Assembly (NCBI GenBank): GCA_035706525.1
Contig: DASSUY010000053.1
Coordinates: 1-35,334 of the forward strand
DNA: 35,334 bases
Reading direction: 5' to 3'
From: Steroidobacteraceae bacterium
GTDB taxonomy: Bacteria; Pseudomonadota; Gammaproteobacteria; Steroidobacterales; Steroidobacteraceae
Under the pieces are notes generated by a model. The model did not search any database, was not told the origin of the DNA, and saw only the letters and a program-made list of their open reading frames with translations. The translations under genes were made by a program, and so were the position numbers. Positions 32,372 to 35,334 of this stretch are shown here, one piece after another; the stretch's first letter is position 1, and each line of letters opens with the position of its first letter.

Positions 32372-33256
32372 ATGCCACGACGCCTGTCCGTGGGCCTCGA
32401 TGCCGTGATCGTCGCGGTCACGGCCGACCAGCCGCGCATCCTGACGGCATCGAAGCCGGGCGAAATCGCGCCCGCCCTGCCGTCGGGCCTCCTCGACGTC
32501 GACGGGGACGAGACGCTCGAGCTCGGCCTCAGGCGCTGGATCTCGGCGCAGACGGGCGTCTCGGTCGGCTACGTCGAGCAGCTCTACACCTTCGGCGACC
32601 GCGATCGCCATCGCACGGCGCAGGAGATCCGCCACCTGTCGGTCGCCTACCTCGGCCTCGTGCGCGAGGCGCAGCCCGCGCCGGGTGCCGCCTGGATCGA
32701 CGCCTACGCCCTCCTCCCCTGGGAAGACCGCCGGGCCGGCGTGCCGGGCGAGGTCCGGACGGAACTCCTGCCCGCACTCGCCGCCTGGGCGGGGTCCGAC
32801 CCCGCACGTCGGCATCGGCTGCGCGCGAACTTCGGCGACAGCCGCAGCTGGGACCCGATCCGCGTGCTCGAGCGCTACGAGCTCCTGTACGAGGCCGCGC
32901 TCGTGCCGGAATTCCATCGCGACCACGGCGCCCGCCCGGGCGAAGGGCCGCCCGCGGGCACGGAGCTCGCCTCCGACCACCGCCGCATCGTCGCGACGGC
33001 GCTCGGGCGCCTGCGCGGCAAGCTGAAGTACCGCCCGGTCGTCTTCGAGCTCTTGCCGGAGACCTTCACGCTGCTGCAGCTGCAGCGCACCGTCGAGGCC
33101 CTGACCGGCATGCGGCTGCACAAGCAGAACTTCCGGCGGCTGGTCGAGAATGGCCGCTTCCTGGAGGCGACGCGCGGGCTCGAGAGGCCCGCAAGGGGCC
33201 GTCCCGCAAAGCTTTTCCGCTTCCGCAAAGAGGTCGTGCGCGCCCGGCTCTACTGA
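32372..33256 (+). CDS. nadQ: Nudix-like plus winged-helix NAD biosynthesis regulator (NadQ/COG4111-like)
   Basis: The N-terminal degenerate Nudix segment (GDETLELGLRRWISAQTGV) lacks the REUXEE glutamates, and YVEQLYTFGD follows. The C-terminus reads LLPETFTLLQLQRTVEALTG..HKQNFRRLV, a wHTH-like region. It lies immediately upstream of nadA-nadB. Confidence 0.65.
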   Translation: MPRRLSVGLDAVIVAVTADQPRILTASKPGEIAPALPSGLLDVDGDETLELGLRRWISAQTGVSVGYVEQLYTFGDRDRHRTAQEIRHLSVAYLGLVREAQPAPGAAWIDAYALLPWEDRRAGVPGEVRTELLPALAAWAGSDPARRHRLRANFGDSRSWDPIRVLERYELLYEAALVPEFHRDHGARPGEGPPAGTELASDHRRIVATALGRLRGKLKYRPVVFELLPETFTLLQLQRTVEALTGMRLHKQNFRRLVENGRFLEATRGLERPARGRPAKLFRFRKEVVRARLY

Positions 33257-33258
33257 TC

Positions 33259-33279
33259 TATAATGCTCACTCCGAGCAT
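33259..33279 (+). promoter_or_regulatory. Consensus -10 box overlapping a perfect dyad; candidate nadA promoter and NadQ operator
   Basis: TATAAT at 33259-33264. ATGCTC-actcc-GAGCAT at 33263-33279. No good -35 element is seen. Confidence 0.4.
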
Positions 33280-33295
33280 AAATGCATGGAGTGAG
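33266..33295 (+). promoter_or_regulatory. Leader stem-loop covering the nadA ATG (33282) and a GGAG SD-like element
   Basis: CTCACTCC (33266-33273) pairs with GGAGTGAG (33288-33295). An inner GCAT/ATGC pairing is also possible. Confidence 0.4.
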
Positions 33296-34247
33296 TGCCG
33301 TGAGGAACCTGGCGGGCATCCTGCCCGACGCCGAGATCGCCGCCCTCGAGCCCCTGATCGCCGAGATCGAGGCGCTCAAGAAGCAGCGCCATGCGGTCGT
33401 GCTCGCGCACAACTACATGACGCCGGACATCTTCCACGGCGTCGCCGACCTTCGCGGCGACTCGCTCGCCCTCGCCCGCATGGCCGCGGAGACCGACGCG
33501 GAGGTCATCGTCATGGCCGGCGTCCACTTCATGGCCGAGACGGCGAAGATCCTCTCCCCCGAGAAGACAGTGCTGATCCCGGACCTGCGCGCGGGCTGCT
33601 CGCTCGCGGAGTCGATCACGGGCGCCGACGTGCGCCTGCTGCGCCAGCGCTACCCCGGCGTGCCCGTCGTCACCTACGTCAACACCTCCGCCGAGGTGAA
33701 GGCGGAGTCGGACATCTGCTGCACCTCGGGCAACGCGGTGGCGGTCGTCGAGTCGCTCGGCACGGACCGCGTGATCTTCCTCCCCGACCAGTACCTCGGC
33801 CGCTGGGTCGCCTCGCAGACCGGCGTCGAGGTGATCCTCTGGGAAGGCAGCTGCATGGTGCACGAGCGGTTCACCGGCGAGCAGCTTCGCAGCTACCGCA
33901 AGGACCATCCCGGCATCCGCGTCATCGCGCACCCGGAGTGCCCGCCCGACGTGCTCGCCGAGGCCGACTTCGTGGGCTCGACGGCCGGCATGATCTCCTG
34001 GGTCGAGAAGAACCGCCCGCCGCGCGTCGTGATGGTCACGGAGTGCTCCATGTCGGACAACGTCGCCGCCGAAGTCCGCGACGTCGAGTTCGTGCGCCCC
34101 TGCAACCTCTGCCCGCACATGAAGCGGATCACGCTCGCCGGCATCGCTGCGTCGCTGCGCGACATGAAGCACGAGGTGAAGGTCGCGCCGGCGGTCGCCG
34201 AGCGCGCGCGGCGCGCCGTCACGCGCATGCTGGAGGTGCGCGCGTGA
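33282..34247 (+). CDS. nadA: Quinolinate synthase
   Basis: Motifs [80 protein letters not shown] and CPHMKRITL. The start is uncertain: ATG 33282, or in-frame GTG 33300 sitting 8 nt after GGAG. Confidence 0.9.
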   Translation: MHGVSAVRNLAGILPDAEIAALEPLIAEIEALKKQRHAVVLAHNYMTPDIFHGVADLRGDSLALARMAAETDAEVIVMAGVHFMAETAKILSPEKTVLIPDLRAGCSLAESITGADVRLLRQRYPGVPVVTYVNTSAEVKAESDICCTSGNAVAVVESLGTDRVIFLPDQYLGRWVASQTGVEVILWEGSCMVHERFTGEQLRSYRKDHPGIRVIAHPECPPDVLAEADFVGSTAGMISWVEKNRPPRVVMVTECSMSDNVAAEVRDVEFVRPCNLCPHMKRITLAGIAASLRDMKHEVKVAPAVAERARRAVTRMLEVRA

Positions 34248-35334
34248 ATTCGCCCGAGCGCATCGACGCGCCGGTCGTCGTCGTGGGCGGAGGCATCGCG
34301 GGCCTCACGGCGGCGCTCGCGCTCGAGGGCTGCGCGCTCGTCGCCGACGGCCTGATCGGCGAGGGTTCCTCGCAGCTCGCGCAGGGCGGCATCGCCGCCG
34401 CGATCGGCGCCGGCGACAGCCCGGCGCAGCATGCCGAGGACACCCGTCGCGTCGGCGCGGGACTCACGGATGCGGCGATCGCCGCCCTCGTCACCGACGC
34501 CGCGCCCGGGCGCATCGACTGGCTCGAGCGGCTCGGCACGCAATTCGACCGCGACGCGTCGGGCGCCCTGCGGCTCGGGCGCGAGGCAGGCCACGGGCAC
34601 GCCCGCATCGTCCACGCCGGCGGCGACCGCACGGGCGCTTCCGTCATGCAGGCGCTGCGCGCCGCCGTGCTCCGCCGTCCCGACATCCGCGTGCTCGAGG
34701 GGTTCGAGCTCGTCGACCTCCTGCTCTCGGGTGGTCGCGCGGCCGGCGTGCTGCTCGAGCGCGCCGACGGCAGCCGCCTCGTCGTGGCCGCGCCGCAGGT
34801 CGTGCTCGCGACGGGCGGCATCGGCGCCTGCTTCGAGCATTCGACGAACCCGTCCAGTTCCCGCGGATCGGGACTCGCCGCCGCGGCCCGCGCCGGCGCC
34901 GCTCTCTCCGACCTCGAGTTCGTGCAATTCCACCCGACCGCGCTCGCCGTCGGCGGCGAGCGGCTGCCGCTCCTGACGGAGGCCCTGCGCGGGGCCGGCG
35001 CGGTGCTCCTCGACGATGCCGGCCGGCGCTTCATGACCGAGGTCCATCCCGACGCCGAGCTCGCCCCCCGTGACGTCGTCGCGCGCGCGGTGGCGGCGCG
35101 TCGCCTCGCCGGGCGCGAGGTCCTGCTCGACGTCTCGCCGGTCGCGGAACTCGAGCGGCGCTTCCCCGGGAGCGTCGCGATCGCGCGCGCCGCGGGGCTC
35201 GATCCGCATGGCGCCCTTCCGGTCACGGCCGCCGCCCACTTCCACATGGGCGGCATCGCGACGGACTCCTCGGGCGCGACCTCGCTGCCCGGCCTGTATG
35301 CCTGCGGCGAAGTCGCGGCCACGGGCCTGCACGG
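34244..35334 (+). CDS. nadB: L-aspartate oxidase, N-terminal ~363 aa (3' end outside the window)
   Basis: The GTG overlaps the nadA stop (GTGA). FAD-binding [63 protein letters not shown] and [15 protein letters not shown] are present. The frame stays open to the window end, so it is missing from the ORF track. Confidence 0.9.
   Translation, partial: MNSPERIDAPVVVVGGGIAGLTAALALEGCALVADGLIGEGSSQLAQGGIAAAIGAGDSPAQHAEDTRRVGAGLTDAAIAALVTDAAPGRIDWLERLGTQFDRDASGALRLGREAGHGHARIVHAGGDRTGASVMQALRAAVLRRPDIRVLEGFELVDLLLSGGRAAGVLLERADGSRLVVAAPQVVLATGGIGACFEHSTNPSSSRGSGLAAAARAGAALSDLEFVQFHPTALAVGGERLPLLTEALRGAGAVLLDDAGRRFMTEVHPDAELAPRDVVARAVAARRLAGREVLLDVSPVAELERRFPGSVAIARAAGLDPHGALPVTAAAHFHMGGIATDSSGATSLPGLYACGEVAATGLH

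Noticed and set aside
1-35334. Search for CRISPR arrays, tRNA/rRNA genes, insertion sequences, integrases and prophage genes
   Set aside because: No spaced direct-repeat arrays, no cloverleaf-sized conserved segments in the short intergenic regions, and no transposase, integrase or phage-like translations were seen in any frame. Apart from the two palindromic units at 26974-27050, no long repeats were noticed by eye.

Overview
This is a very GC-rich (judged by eye, not computed) bacterial chromosomal segment. It looks like an environmental proteobacterium rich in TonB-dependent receptors and secreted peptidases. I can support 32 protein-coding genes (two truncated by the window edges). I found no rRNA, tRNA, CRISPR array, transposase or integrase. 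All family calls come from reading motifs in the supplied translations; no database search was possible.

Layout:
(i) 1-5387 (+): partial class III CoA-transferase, a MetE-like Zn protein, a TonB-dependent receptor, a VOC-fold protein and a second MetE-like protein.
(ii) 5410-7878 (-): a winged-helix/STAND-ATPase/TPR regulator. It is divergent from (iii).
(iii) 7979-9253 (+): a cytoplasmic DUF4242, a signal-peptide DUF4242 paralog and an unknown secreted protein.
(iv) 9299-14907: CocE/NonD hydrolase, gstA with a divergent HxlR regulator, a class V aminotransferase and gltS.
(v) 14920-26975: an XRE-cupin regulator translationally coupled to a secreted amidohydrolase. These are divergent from a long + strand array: S12 serine hydrolase, DgcA-like enolase-superfamily racemase, Tat-exported M19 dipeptidase, TonB-dependent receptor, DgcN-like DUF1611 protein and a second S12 serine hydrolase.
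(vi) 26974-27050: two tandem AT-centred palindromes.
(vii) 27050-28016 (-): two tandem paralogous small secreted proteins of unknown family.
(viii) 28156-32291: a divergent pair of secreted gluzincin-like proteins, crcB, a GreA/B-like factor and a PRC-barrel protein.
(ix) 32372-35334: nadQ-like regulator, nadA and nadB (partial), with an elaborate dyad-rich leader.

The best candidate for an undescribed system is (v). The two D-glutamate catabolic genes dgcA and dgcN are split by an outer-membrane receptor and a periplasmic dipeptidase, and are flanked by DD-peptidase-type hydrolases. This suggests TonB-dependent uptake and breakdown of D-amino-acid-containing (peptidoglycan-type) peptides. 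Loci (i), (ii)+(iii) and (vii) are secondary candidates.
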